From assembly GCA_965153455.1 (NCBI GenBank), contig OZ234494.1, positions 5,704,001 to 5,768,000 on the forward strand: DNA of 64,000 nucleotides, written 5' to 3'. The stretch is from Sphagnum compactum (Eukaryota). The notes beneath the pieces are model-generated. The model was not told where the DNA came from, ran no database searches, and saw only the letters and a list, made by a program, of their open reading frames with translations. Below are positions 12,813 to 27,379 of this stretch, one piece after another; the stretch's first letter is position 1, and each line of letters opens with the position of its first letter. A program made the position numbers and the translations under genes.

Positions 12813-14129
12813 GAAGGGTCGAGTCGTTGTTTGACCTTTCCCTTTTCTTTTGGTTCTTGTGATTTAATGTGGCATATTTTTTAATTTTTCAACTATGATC
12901 ACATGGCTAATAGGCGTGCTAGAAAGTTCTCAAGGCAAGGGTCCAAAGAACGAATAGTGCATTCAACACGTCAAGCTGTGCAAAAGTTCGTGTAAAGATC
13001 AAGGAATACCATCCAAAGGCGTCAAAACAAAGAAATCCTTAAAGAAAAAGAAGAATTGGTTCAATTACAAATCCAAAATGCAAAGGTGAAAGAAGGTGTG
13101 TCTAGGTGTGTTACAGACATTTATAGAGCTATTTTGTTTTACGGGTGTTAAAGGTGCAAATTTTCAAATGTTAATGTTTGAAAAGTTGTTGGCGCTACCA
13201 ATGTTGTAATCAGTGATGCCAAATTATGTTGTGAGGTGTGAAAAATTGTTACAATGTGAGGATGTTTGCAATAGCCTTGTTATTGCTTGGAAGGGTTTGA
13301 AGTATCGTGTAGGAAAGGACATATATGCAACTTGGAATGTTGTAGAGGCTATTGTCATCTCTACATCATCAAACACTAGTTTAAGAACTAATGGAGTTGT
13401 GTGGACCTCAATAGGAGAGCGCTTAGAAAGGCTTTCCATTGGAGGCAATTGTTAGATGCAAAAGAAAAAGGAGAACAGTGGGCTAAGGGGGATAGGAGAG
13501 TCCAAAAAGATGCATTGGCAAAGGACGTCTAAGCCCTTGTTGCTAAGTGGTACTTTGAAGAAACAAAGGTCAACCCCAACAAGAAAGATGTCTTCCATCG
13601 TCAAATGGGAGTCAAAAATTGGGAAACACATGTCACACACTTCCTTCAAGAAAGTGAGGCAAGTTATTTTTCAAATCTTGAACGTATTTTGTTTCTATTT
13701 TGGACCTTGAATTTTTACTTTGCAATGTTTACTACACTCTTAATGCTCAATCCTAATATTTGTTCAGTCCTCTAGTCCTAAGATTAAGGACTAGAAATGA
13801 TGTAAACACAATCCTAAGACAAGTTAGCAATGTTTTAAGCATAGGCATGCACTTACATGAATTCAAGGACATACTTCTTTTTTTGTTTGGAAATGAACCT
13901 CAAAATTTGATGGATCCTCCATAGTCTTAAAACCCAAATAACTTTTAATGTTCAAACCCTTAACAAAATTGCAGATCTTCAATAGTACATTACTTTAAAC
14001 GCATGAGTTTTCATAATGTTTCATAGTCCCAAGTTTTGGAGTTGGAGTCAAGAACTAATTTCATACTTTTAAACCATGCTCTTTGTCACTATCCTAAGTG
14101 CTGAAATGTACCCCAAATTCCATAGAGTC

Positions 14130-15720
14130 TTGAGCTTTCTTTTGCCTTCATGAGTCTTGAACCATTTGAAGCCTTCAAAGTCCTGAGTTTATTTTTGTTT
14201 TTGAATCCTATACCAATTTATAAATCTTGTGACCTGAACCAATTTGAAAATCCTAACTCCTGAACTAATTTGTAAGTATTTGTGTCTTGAACCAATTTGA
14301 AAGTTCTGAGTCCTAAACCAATTTGTAGGTGTTATGTATGTAACCCTTTTAAAAGTCCTAAGTCTTGAAGCAATTTGTAAGTCTTGTGTCCTAAGCTAGT
14401 CTAAAAGTCCTAAGTCAAACCAATTTGTAAGTGTTGAGTCTTGAACCAATCTAAAAATCCTACATGTCATAAACCAATCTGAAAGTCCTAGGTCCCGAAT
14501 TGGTCAATCTAAAAGTCCTACATATCCTGAACCAATATGAAAGTCTTGAGTTTGGAACCACCCCAAAAGTCATGCCTGTTTTGAACCAACTTCAAAGTCC
14601 TAAGTCTTGAACCAATCTAAAAGTCCTGCTTGTCCTGAACCAATCTGAATGTCTTAAGTCCTAAACTAATATGAAAGTCTTGAGTTTGGAATTAATCCAA
14701 AAGTCTTGCCTATCTTAAACCAACTACGTGAAAGCAGGAAAAAATAGTCAAGCAGTGTGTGGACAGTCCTTAAAAATAATTTTTTTAATTTTTGAAAAAT
14801 CACCATGGGAACAATATATATCCAAAAAAAAAATTATTTTTGAAATAATTTTTTATACTTTCAAAGTTCCAACTACAAAATTTTCATTGATATTCACCAT
14901 GTTTCAAGAGTCTTTTAATATGTTTAAAGCACTCAAGAAAAACATGTGGATAGGTGGTTTTTTTGTATCAAAAGTCATTTTCTCTTATCAAATGTACACC
15001 AAATTGTTTCAATTTTTTTGTGAACTTTAACATATTCCACAAGAATGGATCCATATATTCAAAACATTCAAAAAATAAAAATACATATACCCTTTTAGAT
15101 TTTAATACTCAAATGTCCTTAAACATTATTATAGTTTTGAATTTATAATCATGGTTCAAAATAAAGTTATAGCTTTGACTATAATGTAAGGTTTGGTGCA
15201 AAAAACTTTATTATGTTATATGTCATATTTGGCCCCGATTTTGATATTCAGTTTTTAAAATTGTGTGAAATATGTAGTATAAACTAATAGAAAATTACCA
15301 TGTGGAAAATGTAGTCCTTGGAAAGGACTTTAACCTTGGCACAATTGGCTCCTTTTTTCATGTTTTCACCCAACTTGAAAGTCTTGACTCTTGAACCAAT
15401 CCAAAAGTCCTACCTATTTTGAACCAACTTGAAAGTCCTGACTCTTGAACCAATCCAAAAGTCCCACCTATTTTGAACCAACTTGAAAGTCCTGACTCTT
15501 GAACCAATCCAAAAGTCCCACCTATTTTGAACCAACTTGAAAATCCTAACTCCTAAACCAATTTTAAATTTTTGCCTGTCCTAATCCAGTTTAATAATCT
15601 TGAAACTCTTAAATCTTGAACCAATCAGAATGTCCAAAAAGTCTTTAGTCTTGAATTCATCCTAAAGTCTTGAAGGTTGAGTCTTGATGCATTTGAAAGT
15701 CCAGAGTCTTGAATTACTTC
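14130..15720. repeat. Degenerate tandem array of ~26-28-bp subunits (aagtcctgagtcttgaaccaat..), with 54-bp higher-order units at 15371-15540
   Basis: Directly visible. It lies inside the predicted transposase intron 13659-15994 and is interrupted by a MITE. Confidence 0.85.
14726..15371. mobile_element. MITE (646 bp) with imperfect ~25-bp TIRs and AACT (or CAACT) target-site duplication
   Basis: Left end acgtgaaagcaggaaaaaatagtcaa versus the right-end reverse complement gggtgaaaacatgaaaaaaggagccaa. AACT at 14722-14725 and 15372-15375. The tandem array resumes in register after the element. Confidence 0.75.
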
Positions 15721-18700
15721 AAATTCTTCAAAGTCCTTTATGTGTTTCAATGTCCTAAATCATCAAGTAATCTCAAAATCTTGTTTCATAAACTACATTC
15801 AGTGTTTTGAGTCCTAGATTATTGTACATTCAATGTTTTGAATCCTATAATACTTTACATTCCTAAGTAGATGACTTCAAAGCCCCTTGAAATAAAATTA
15901 TTTAAGTAATTTCCATATCTTGTAGTCCACCCTCATGAACTTTTAATTTGACCCATTGTTTTCAACTGAACACCCACCTTGGACCTAATAGCAGATTGAT
16001 TTTTTCACAAGATTTAAGGCTTAACATCTGCAAGTGGAGATTGGGTTTATTGCCTTCCACAAGCTCAAGCCCTATTATGTTTGAAAATTGAAAGATTTCA
16101 ATTCATGCTGCTATCGATACCACTAGGAGATGATGGAGATTAAGGTGGGATTCAACAATATGAGGGCTTTAAATGTGCATCAAGGAGGTGATGTACCATT
16201 TTGCACTTGTGGTTGTGAAACAATTTGTGCCAATCGAGGGCATGTGGCAACATTAGGTCCAATTATGTCATGTCAAGTAGTGAAACACACATACCAGTCC
16301 ATTTCTAAGTTATGGGAGAAAATCTTGTGTCCAAGAAAACCAAGGAAAAAATGGGTTAGCTTGGATTGTGTAAAAGGTCATTGTACCACTGTGGCATCAA
16401 GTAATTACCTATTTGTGATAAAGAGTTTGATTCTTCCAATTTGTCACTAGTAAAGTGGAGAGCCTTTGAGAAAGTCACTACTATAAAAACTAAGGATGGC
16501 AAAATTAAAGAAGTGGTCCGCTTAGAAACTAAGCTAACTTCCTCAAGAGAATTTCTATTGTTTGCTGCTCCTAAGATTCGAAATTTTGTCATGCATAATT
16601 TTGTTATTCAATGGCTAGACACATAGTTTAGATTATGGAAAAAGAAATTAGAACTAGATGAAGTCTTGTCCTTGATAGATTTTGTAGAAAACTACTCTTT
16701 CAAGCATCAAAATGAAATCTAGGATCAACATTGATATAATTTCCAGTTGTCAATTTTGATACACATTGTGTACAACACAAACGATGAATATGACATTCTA
16801 GACCCTCGAAGCCCATGCCTCAAAACCAAGTAGTTTTATTAAATCTCACATGACCAAAAAGATGATAATCTTTTTGTGCAACATGCATTTAGTGTGCATT
16901 GGCAGCACCCCACCTCACAAGGTGGTTCTTGAACACCATTTTGTTTGGAGTGATGGGGTTGCCTCTCAATTCAAGGGGGCAAGGTTTTGGTCTTATGTCG
17001 CTAGGTATCCCAAGTTTGACCACATGTGACTAGCTCCCCTCAAGATGTGCCATGGAATGGAACCATTGGGGCACAGGTCATGGGAAAAAGCCCCATGATG
17101 GAGTAGGATCTTGCTTGAAGCAAGCCTTATGAAAGGAACAATTGAAGCTGGATGGGATTCCACTCCAAAATGCCCAACAAGTTGTTGCATTTCTTCAAAG
17201 CTCCATGAGTTTAAGGCATGTTGCTTATGAGCATGCTTGGTTAGATGTCGAGCGCAACTTTATGGAAATCAAAGTTGGGGAGGTGAATAAAACCCATGGC
17301 TATAATTGTCGAACTATAGTTGGGTCCAAATCTTTTCATTTTGTGCGATCTATAGGCCATGAAAATAATGTACTTTTGGAGACTAGAAAATTTCATTATG
17401 AATTTCCAAAGTTTAAGAACATGATTCCTTAAGGGGCCACATTAGTAAGGAATACAAATTTGTAACGATTTCCACCTTTTTTTAATTATATTGAAAACTT
17501 CAAGCCATATACTTTAACATGCAATAAATAAACATGAGAAAAAGTAATTTTTAATTATGAAAACATTTAAAGACAAAGGCCTAGGAATATTATTTGGCCA
17601 ATTTTTGTTCCTTGACCATTCCTTGAAGTGGTTCTTAGTGGTACTGCCCAATTGTATTTACACCCACCTTTATTTGGGCTTGAATTAATATGAACTTTTA
17701 TTTGACCTGATTTCTTAGTGTGCCATGGAAACAATGGCATTATCAACTAGTGCCCTAGGGCTATAATTAGGCTTTGAAGTAGGCTTCTAGAGGGAAGTAG
17801 TGGGCGAGAAAACATTGAATGATGCAAAATAACTTGGGGCATCGGATTTTGAATGCGTGCATTCATGTTCATGCCCATAAGGTGAAGGACGGTGACTAGA
17901 GGTGATTCAAAGTAGTTACACGCGCATTCTACATGAACATGGGTAACAATAGAGACAAGGCACGACGACTAGGGGTGGTTCAAAGTGCAGTCCAATACAA
18001 TGAGCAAAGGCTGTAAAATGTCAACAATGATGTCAAGCTCAATGAAGAGAAGCTCAAAAAATAGCTTCGCTAAAGCAAAATAAGGTCCTAGAGAACATTC
18101 AAGTGTCTATGACATACTATGAGGTCAAAAAGGTGACACAAGTTATACTTCAAACTATTGCTTCAACCTTGCCACAATTTCCGCACTGTTGTAAGGGAAT
18201 CAATGATGCAAAAGGTCTTGTCCGACCCCATTGCTTGTGCACATGTTATGAGTTCAAATAGCTACTTTTGCAAGGGTGGAGTTGTTCAACAGGAGCTTAT
18301 GTCAAGGTTAGTTCAATATTTGTCACAGGTAAAACATTCATCTAGTGTAGCCAAGTTAGCCATTAAACATGCCATTTTGACCACCATCATGAGCTCTAAC
18401 TCAAAGACATTGCTAAGGTAAAAAGTTCGGTTGGGTAGATGCACAATTGGGATTCTCACTATTGTTACAAAACAATTTTTTTTTTCTTAAATACCCTTTA
18501 TTCAAATGCATATGGTGATTAATATATCTTTAAATTTACTAATTGGGACATGGATCTAAACTAACAATTTCATTATGAAAAAAATTGTGTAGTTATTTAT
18601 TGATAAAAACTCATTTGTAATAGTAATGGAGTTTTGAAGTTGAAAAATATGGACTGGTTGTCTGATCGGACCATCACAAAATGGAAAAATTTATATTGAT

Positions 18701-21700
18701 TCACATTCCAAATTTGTTATTGGGATTCTATATATGATGTAATATAAGATGATAAATTCATATGAAGAATATTTTATTTGAAAAATTTAATCGTTTGATA
18801 ATTAAGGACTTTTGAATGGTTAAAACTTGACCATATTTTCATAAGTCCATATGAGTTACAATTTTTGTTTTTTTTTTCAATTTCTTTGTTCCAAAAACAT
18901 ATGTTATTGAAAGTTTTAAATAGGGCATTATTCCTAAAAACTTTATGGGTTGGTTTGTAGGTGATTGAACATGTATTATTCAAAGATTAAAATAATAACA
19001 TTAAAAATAAAAACCATGTCCATTTGAATCATTTTGAAGAATCTTGTATGGACTTATAGGGAGTGTAATTTCTACCGATATTGAGACATTCAATCGTGCA
19101 TTCACCTAATTGTTGAAAATGCATTTTAGGAATGTTGCGATGGTTGTTGAACATAGGTGAAAGATGAGTTTGGTGACGAGATTTCTTTGGTTGCTATCAA
19201 TATGTAAGAGAAGGTTCAATGGTTTCGCTTTTCAATTCAAAAGAGGGGAATGTTGAAGGGGTCAACTTCTACATCTTGGTGTACACAAAGACTCTTTCAC
19301 TTTCAACACAATTTTCAAGTGCCCATCTAGGCAAAAGTTCAAGTTCAATGCTAGTGATATGCCAGTGGCCAAGAAGTATTACCAAAGGTGGGGTCGATTA
19401 GAGTTTAACTATGTTTTGTTGAGGGGTGCAATCACAATAACACATACCATAACAAGTGTAATGCTTGCTTAGTTTTTTCATGTTTTAAAGTCGTAATTTA
19501 ATTTGATGTTGATATTTTAAGATTTGTTTATATAGTTGTATTTTTAATATATCATGGGAACATTTGAATTAATTTGAAATTAATCCAATGAATTAAAAAA
19601 AAACAAAAACATTCATTAAACACTGTAACGTTTACTTTTAAACAATAAAATGACTTGTAAATGGATTTCCATTTTTTTGAAAATGACATTTTTTGCCAAA
19701 TTTTTAACATGGACCTTAATAGAATAGTATGAAGAATTTTTTAAAAAAAATTAAAGATTTTTTTGAAGAGTTTTTCAAGAATATTCTAAAAATATTTCCC
19801 CAAAAGTAGTCACAAAAACAGTCAAAAAGTAGGTAGGTGTGGCTTGTGTTATCCCATTTGCACCCTGAAGAATTCTCATATTGCATATATTCATGCATGC
19901 CATGTCATGGCAATCAAGTTTTCGATGCTTCTAACAAACCATATAGTCCAAGGGAATGACTTAGTTATAATCTATTTGAACATGCAAAGGATGGCATTAG
20001 GCAGGCTATTTGTAGCCATCTAGAACTATGACATTCTCTGGATTCTATAATTTTTGCAATCCACATGCTCTTTTTAATTATGTCACTCAATTTTTGAAAT
20101 ACCTACTTGTTGCTTATTGAGGTTCCATTGAAAGATTTGTTGTAGGTGGCTCAATTTATGATATTAACTTGGATTTTGTTGGCACATGATCATGTCAGAG
20201 TTGTTTTGATCTTGTGATTATATGGACTTGTGTCTATAGTTGTGCAAAGCTTTAAACCACACCTATTATATTGTTGGGTTTGAATTTATGGATCCTAAAC
20301 TCTTTACTTTGGTTGCATTTCCCTTGTTAATTGTTTTGATTTTCATCATGGATATTTAATACATAAAAGCCAAAATGAATCCTTTGCACATAATATCAGA
20401 ATCCAAGTAGCACAAAATTTGTGGAAAGCTCCACTGAGCTCTTAGCAACAAGTTCCAATTACAGCCCCCACAAGTAGCATACAACAATCCCCATAATAAA
20501 TAATTGATGTTGCAACAATCTTTTCCATTTCATAGTTTCAACATATGGCTGAACTTATATTACTAACTTGGATTTTCTTGGCACATGTGAAGGTCAAGTT
20601 TGTATGTAGAGTTTTTGGTTCCTGTTATTGAATTGTATTTTTTGCTTTAAGGAACTTCATTTGAGCATGTAACACTCTTGGTCGATATGGCCTCGTTCTG
20701 GAATCTGATGAGGAGATTTACCAAGAGCTTCTTGAACCTCTACTCAAGGAGTTAAAGGTTGGGGATGATACTTCTCATGACCTGCATGACACAAACTCCA
20801 ACTCAACAAGTCCAAAGAAAGCGAGAATCAAACTTGATTATGAGTAAGTTTGTCGTCTTCAATTTGTGGTACAATTTTGTGCACATCATGCATCAATAGT
20901 AAACTAATAATGTTGTTCCGTCATTGCAAAGTTTCCATTCACATGAAATCTTGGACTTTGCCTTCCTTTGGTTGCAAAGGGTTCTTTCCAAGCCCTCCCA
21001 ACAACTGCATTTTGCCTCAATATGTTGAAAACATTGCTACCCATGTATCTTCACTATAATCTCTTCCATCATAGATGGATACACTCAGATTCATTGATGA
21101 CTAGGCTATTGAGTAATCCCTTTCGCATTTCTAATTTTTTTCCTCTACATGTAGTTCTATTCATGAATATGCTTTCATATTATTTTGAGTTCCACATCCT
21201 TTTCAACATTTGATTTGATTTGCAATGAAATCATAACATTTTTTCATCAAATTTTTACATTTAATTTTGCAAATAGTGTAAATTAGTTAAATGAATCCTT
21301 TCAAAAAAATTAATGTGCAACCACCTTAGCCATCGTCATAATAAGTGGTGGCTAACACTAGGTCAAATCTTAAATTAACTCTTCATTTCTTTCTGTTCCA
21401 ATTTGTTATCTAGCTCTTCATAAATCATGGGAGGTTAGGTCTGTAAAATCAACTTTACTACCCTAGGTAATTCGTAACTACTTGATGTTACAATAATTAT
21501 AATAGTTTCCAACCTTAACAACAACATATCAATTGAACTTCTTGCCTTGTGATCAACTACCAACAAATGTAACGTTGGTGTTGGTCCACCAACAAAGCTT
21601 AATGCAAGCAACCAAATAAGCTAACAATTTCTATTGCTAACATTTCAAAAACAAAATTATGCACTTTTTAATAAACAAAGCTTGTTCCTACATTTCTTTA

Positions 21701-22572
21701 ACAAACAAAATTGTTTGTTCTTGAATTTCTTGAACCAATAAAAGGAACTCCTAAATTTTGCAACAAACAAAGCTTATTTTTGAATTTTTTAACAAGCTTT
21801 TAACAAGCAAATTCTTGATAGACATATCCTAGGTTTAGATATTCCTTCATGATTAGGTACAATATGCAATAGGTACACAACATTTTATTAGAGCCTGGAT
21901 AGTTTTTCATGGTTAGTGTTTGTACCATGTGTATTTGATATTAGTTTATAATTTATTGAAAACATGAGGGCATTACAAATGCCTTTGCCATGTAATATTA
22001 GAGCTTGTAAAAAAAGGTGAAAATATTGCCTTAAAAACATTTTACTATTTTCAACAAAAATTGCCAACAAGGTAGGTACTACACCCACTTGTCATTTTGC
22101 CATTCAAGATTATAGTTTACAGAAGCAATGAAGGTATTATATTTTTCAAACTACCTTTGTTTTTAGGAAATCTTGTGTGGTGGTGAATAATTTTTGGATG
22201 CAACCTACATGTAGGTACTGCAATGTGCCTTTGGGCACCTATTGCAATACTTGCATTCATAATTAATATTTTATTAGCAGCATTGGAGGTTAAAAGGGTA
22301 GTTTAAGTCAAGGACGACAAGGGTTTTGCAATATTTGCATCTATTGGCATTGGCATTTCTTTTGGTGTCAATAGGTTTAGTTTGTCATTAATGTATAGGA
22401 GGTAGGTAGGTGGGCCGGTAAAGGAAGGGCCACGTTAGTGGACATTAGGTAGGGGCAAATGTGTACTACTTATTATTTGTGCGATAGCCTCATTGGTCAA
22501 TATGGGCATCGTGTAGTTAAGTAGGTAGATAAGTAGGCAAGTGGGGGAATAGTAGAACTCTTGTATGTAGGC

Positions 22573-22844
22573 CAGAATTTTTTTTTCAAATTCCTCAAGT
22601 AGGTGCACTGGCGAGGATCCCCAGCTTTAATTCGCATTAAATGGCGACTGTCCTACGCGGACAGTAGAGTTTTCTCTGAATCCTGCCTAAATCTAGGCGA
22701 GCTACAAGGACTCACTGTCTAAATCTGGCGATTTTTTTCTGCTTTTTTCTTTTTTTCCTAAGAAATATGGCGAATTTTCTGTAGAGGTCGCACTGGGTTT
22801 GTTTGGTCGCCAGTTGGCGAAATTTCGCCCAAAAAAAAACACTG
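22573..22844. mobile_element. hAT-type MITE (272 bp) with an 8-bp TSD
   Basis: Termini CAGAATTTTTTTTT and AAAAAAAAACACTG. Perfect TSD ATGTAGGC at 22565-22572 and 22845-22852. Confidence 0.88.
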
Positions 22845-23981
22845 ATGTAGGCAGGTGAGCGTAAACATGTACGTCAGGGTAGTCAGAGTCAAAAGTCAAA
22901 GGAAAAAAAGGCGCACGGGATAGAAGGGCCAAGCCCAAAAATAAAATAAAATAAGTGCTAACTGTGGTAACCAAGTGGTTAGCACAGGGCCACGAACCAA
23001 TGAAAAAAACCTCTTGGCATCCAGACACCATCCATCCAAACTGGTGCGTTCCAAGGTGCTACAGTAGTTGGCTCTGGTTCTCACGCTGGGCCCTCATTCC
23101 CATAACCACCCCGTGTTTGGTCCTTACTCCTTGTCCTAATCGTGCAAGCTCTCACTTTGTAAAAGTGGTGCCAGATCCTCTGAAATAGTCTTTGCTTTTT
23201 AAAAAAATCTTAAGCAAAGATATCTACTAAAGCTTCAGGAGATCTTAAGCAAAGATATCTACTAAAGCTTTAGGAGATGAAAGCAAAGCTTCAGTAGATA
23301 TTAAGAACCATTTCAGATGGATGCAACGGCGGTTTCCCCGGGCACGTGGCTTGTAAAGGGTGAGTAAACCCTGTCACACACAAACCACAGAATAGTCTTA
23401 CGGCTTAGATCTAGACAGTCGATAGCCTCAACGGTCAAGATCTGGAGCCACACCCTCGCTCCCGGGGTCCTCTTGCTGTGAAGTTTTCTCCTCCTCAAAA
23501 CCTAAGAAAACTTCCCTACATCTTTGGGTTTCCTTTCTCTGAGCAAAACTTCCACGGTGTTGAAGAAATCCGGAGCTAGGATTTTAAGGTGCAGCTTTGG
23601 CCGCAGGTGATTTATTGACAGGTGCGTTTTGTTGCCAAATTCCCTTAATGGTTGCCCACTAAGTGATGAATCCGGAGTCGTGAAGACGAAGTTTCTGGAG
23701 GTAGTCTAGAGAAATCGCATTTTGACTCCGTTCAGGATTCTGCCTTGTCATCTAAGTTGATGTCTCGCGGGTTTCGATTAACCCTATTGCTTCTTAGCCC
23801 AGTCTAGATACGATTCTCAGTGGCTTGCGTGGTGTTGTGTTTGCAGAAATTTGAGTAATCTGTGTGAATGTTTTGGACAGAAACTAATGGGGAATTGCTA
23901 TGGATTACTGTTACAGCCTAGAGGTGTTTGAACGGATTTTCTGAATTTCTCGTGCTTCTTGTTTTAATGAAGATTGCTACA

Positions 23982-25238
23982 ATGGCGGTTCAGTTGTCGG
24001 AGAAAACTTTGGTGGTGAAGGGTCACGAGGAGTGCTTCGCAAGAGCCAAGGAACTGATCGAGAAATTCAACTTGCCTGGTGCGTCCCGACTCCCGACCTT
24101 TGACATCTGTCTGTCGTGTCTCTCTTTTGCACTCTCCGAACACCAATCGAAATCACACACAGATTTTGTAGCAGGAAGATGCAACTCCAACACCACCTAT
24201 CTTGAACGCCTTTGAAGATCTCAGTACACTGAGGCGAAGGTCGCTTTTGTCTGTAACAAAGTAGCAAGGATTATTCTAGATTGTCTTCATCGATATGGAG
24301 TCAGATTACCTTTCTACGCGACGCAGGCCATAAGAATGGCCTGCAAGTCTACATACCAGAGGACGCTGGTGTAATCTATTTTTCATAGAAATTATTGTAG
24401 AAATGAGAAGTATACAGTGTTGCGTGAACACACATCCAGGTCATAACTCATAAGCGTACAAAAGGTCAAGAAGAAGAGAGTGAAGGAGGACAAAAACAAA
24501 GATAGAGTCGCATGTAAGTTTCCAGCTTGTATAGTTGGACTATATACCTGCTAGATGGCGTACTCAGCCTCCTCATGATGGTGTCATCATTGAGCAAAGC
24601 ATTAATAGAAGTGCCTGCAGATTGCAGTGAAGAGGAGGTGACCTGAATGATAATTGGTCCTCCTGCCAAATTCTTGAATCAACAAATTACTTGGAAAACT
24701 TCAGGTAGTAAAAGCACTTCCAGTTGAGAACCCTTGTTGCTTCCTGGTTACTCCTAACTGGATATAAGCGTTTAACAGGGTGCGAGCAGCAGGATATTGG
24801 TACCTCCTTCAAGACTGGAGTTTAAGTAGGGTTTCCAATGAAGTGGGATAATGCTACTGACTTTCTTTTCACTCTTTCAGTTTGAGTTCTGAAGGTGAGG
24901 TTTTTTTGTGTAATGCAGGTGGTTTGTTGCCACTGGATGACATTGAGGAAGTTACTTATGATGAAGAGACTGGCTATTTCTATGTGAAACAGAAGTCAAA
25001 AACCAGCCACAGGTTTGCTCTTGCTGACCAGGTGGTAAGCTATGCTGAGGAAGTCAAGGGCTACTTGCTACCGAATCGGATCAAGAATCTGTCTGGTGTG
25101 CGAGCAAAGGAGTTTTTCTTCTGGGTTCCTGTTGGTGACATCTCTGTTGATGATCCTCCCACAGGCAAGATTCACTTCAAGACCTATGCTGGTCTTGGTG
25201 AAACTTTCTCAGTTGATGCATTTGCCCCAGGCCAGTAA
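23982..25238 (+). CDS. DUF538 family protein, 138 aa; exons 23982-24078 and 24919-25238
   Basis: The spliced product reads MAVQLSEK..AKELIEKFNLPG|GLLPLDDIEEVTYDEETGYF..LSGVRAKEFFFWVPVGDISVDDPPTGKIHFKTYAGLGETFSVDAF, which is typical of DUF538. The GT-AG intron keeps the frame (417 nt). A 5' UTR intron is likely from ~23622. Confidence 0.92.
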
Positions 25239-27379
25239 AGAGCAGTGCAATCAACATCCTGTGCAAGGTAAATTGATCTTCCTAACATTAAAGAGAAATT
25301 CTTGAACAGATCTTCTCTGATTAGGTCACTCTGAGACACATCAGATAGTGGAATCAAAATGTTTTACTAACCAATTTACTGTAATACATAGGCAGAAACT
25401 TGTTCCCACCATTTCCAGTTCATAGTTGAAGCTCTGAAAATAGAATGGGACACTGCTAGCTGGTAGGCATAGGTGAGCAAACAATATTGGCATCCTCATA
25501 CCTGACCACCTAAGGTCTTATTTGTGTATGAACTGTGAATCAAAAGACTCCAGACTAAACATTTACAGGGCAACAATTGATGTGCCAACTAAACATTTGC
25601 AACTTTCTGGCCAGATCACCCTTCTTCAAAACATATCTATGAGATCAGACACAAAAAAACTCCAGAATAGAGAAAATTGTCAGTTTTAGCACAATGAACA
25701 TGACAAGAATGAGTGAGATCATAACCTTAGGAGTGTCAATTGCACAAGTCTTCAAAACAGTAGGATTATGTGGGATATTTTTGATATGGTATTTATGGCT
25801 AAATTTTGCAACCAAAGTTCCCATAGATAGGAGAACTAGTACAGATTGTGGCTAGACACGACTAAGGGAAAGAAAGATCAACCTTGTGATTGTTTAAATA
25901 AAAGTCACTAGTTGTGTAAATTAGGAAGTAAAAACAGCTCAATGGATCAGACAGTTAGCACTGGATTACTGCTACATAGTGCAATCAATATTGCCATTGA
26001 TGAATACATAATAACATGTGTCATCCGGAGAACCAATTTGATATTCTGTGAACAGATAACATCTTTCTATCCACAATTTGACCAACAATTATACGCTTTT
26101 CCTGATGTTGCAGGTTCTCAAGATTGAAGCAGAGTCACCCTGCTAAAAAGAAGCGGTTGTGCATCAAAAGTGTAGCAGGAGACACCCAGCATTCAAAATG
26201 TAGACAAGAAATAAGGGACTTGAACTTTGAACTTTGGATTTAATAACTGGGCTCCCCATGTGATTCTATGCATATCACCTTTATTAGCTCAACAGTACTA
26301 ACTTGCTTGATCATTCAGTGTACAGCAGCCTCAGGGAGACAGATAACTTAAATCCACCAAAGATGTACCTATTAGAGAAGCATGCACAACAGAATGGCAT
26401 TACATTGTGTGTTATCGTATCTAGAGCTTCCCAGTTTCACTGACTGGCTGCACCCGGAGCCAATGCCTTATGTGTATTAAATTATTGTCCCTCCCCAGGC
26501 CCTGCAACATATTTGCAACCAAGGGATAACAATCACTAGAACATTCAGGTCCTTGTTTGCCCCCACAAAAGCCAGACTAATTTTGCAATTGCTTTCAAGA
26601 TGATGTATTTGTGGACATCTTGAGATGTTACATGGCATTTTTTCACTTGTAAAGCATTGGGAGAAAGTTCCTAGTGTGTTTGCAGGGCACCTTATATCCA
26701 TGATTACCTCCTAGAAAAGTGGGGAGGGAACCGGTGGTGACTGGGTTGAATCATGACCAAACCCCCTGGGTATGTGAGTTCATAACAGTCATAGGTGCAT
26801 TTTTCAAATGACCACCCCTGCCTCATACCCGGTATATGAAAAAATAGTGGCACCCACCTCCATCCCATGCTGAGGACATGAAAAAAGTCAAATGCTCATA
26901 ACTTGGCATCACAACTAATCAAGGTTGAGTATGCTCATAAAAATCCAGCTATGTATCCAGGAAAATTTGAGAAACTTGTCATTATCAATGGAACTTGTTT
27001 GTCTGCATCAATACCATTCACCACCCAAAGTCTCATGTAAAAATATCACCTACAACTGGGCACTTTTGAAATACATTTCTAATTTTTCATATTGTGTGAT
27101 GAGTATTATTTTGAGAGAAACATATTCATAGACTTTCAAATCTTGATAATTTGTTACATTTCTTTTGCAAAAATTATTAGCCCAAGTTTAAAGCTAATCA
27201 AATCTACTAAAATTCACAAGAAGAATTTCAAATGTGTTGTACACACTTCAACAAAGATATCAAATGTTATATTTGTGATCGCATGTCTTTTGAAGACCAT
27301 ACATAGTGTGTTTTCACCTTGCGAAAAACAAAATCACATTTAGATTAGTCCATTTGTTATTGCTAATGTATCATCACCA

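Larger units (their letters stand above)
12904..19865 (+). mobile_element. Decayed, composite intron-containing DDD DNA transposon region, Sola2-like (copy 1 plus a second N-terminal fragment)
   Basis: N-terminal exon 12904-13658 ends ..VNPNKKDV..THFLQESE. A second exon from 15995 contains HKLKPYYV..NSCCYRYH, IDFVENYSF (~16677), VWSDGVASQFKG (~16945) and WNHWGTGHGKKPHDG (~17057). An extra N-terminal fragment lies at ~17900-18420 and a C-terminal piece (KEGNVEGVNFYIL) at ~19200-19430. Candidate terminus ...atttgcaccc at 19865. Many stops and frameshifts. Confidence 0.7.

Noticed and set aside
14130-15720. CRISPR-like appearance of short periodic repeats
   Set aside because: The units are contiguous and degenerate with no unique spacers, there are no cas genes, and the context is eukaryotic.
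19880-21700. Coding-like fragments on both strands with a ~30-bp direct repeat (20161/20557)
   Set aside because: Too decayed to assign to any family.
26720-27060. Possible MITE
   Set aside because: No convincing TIR pair or TSD could be found by eye.
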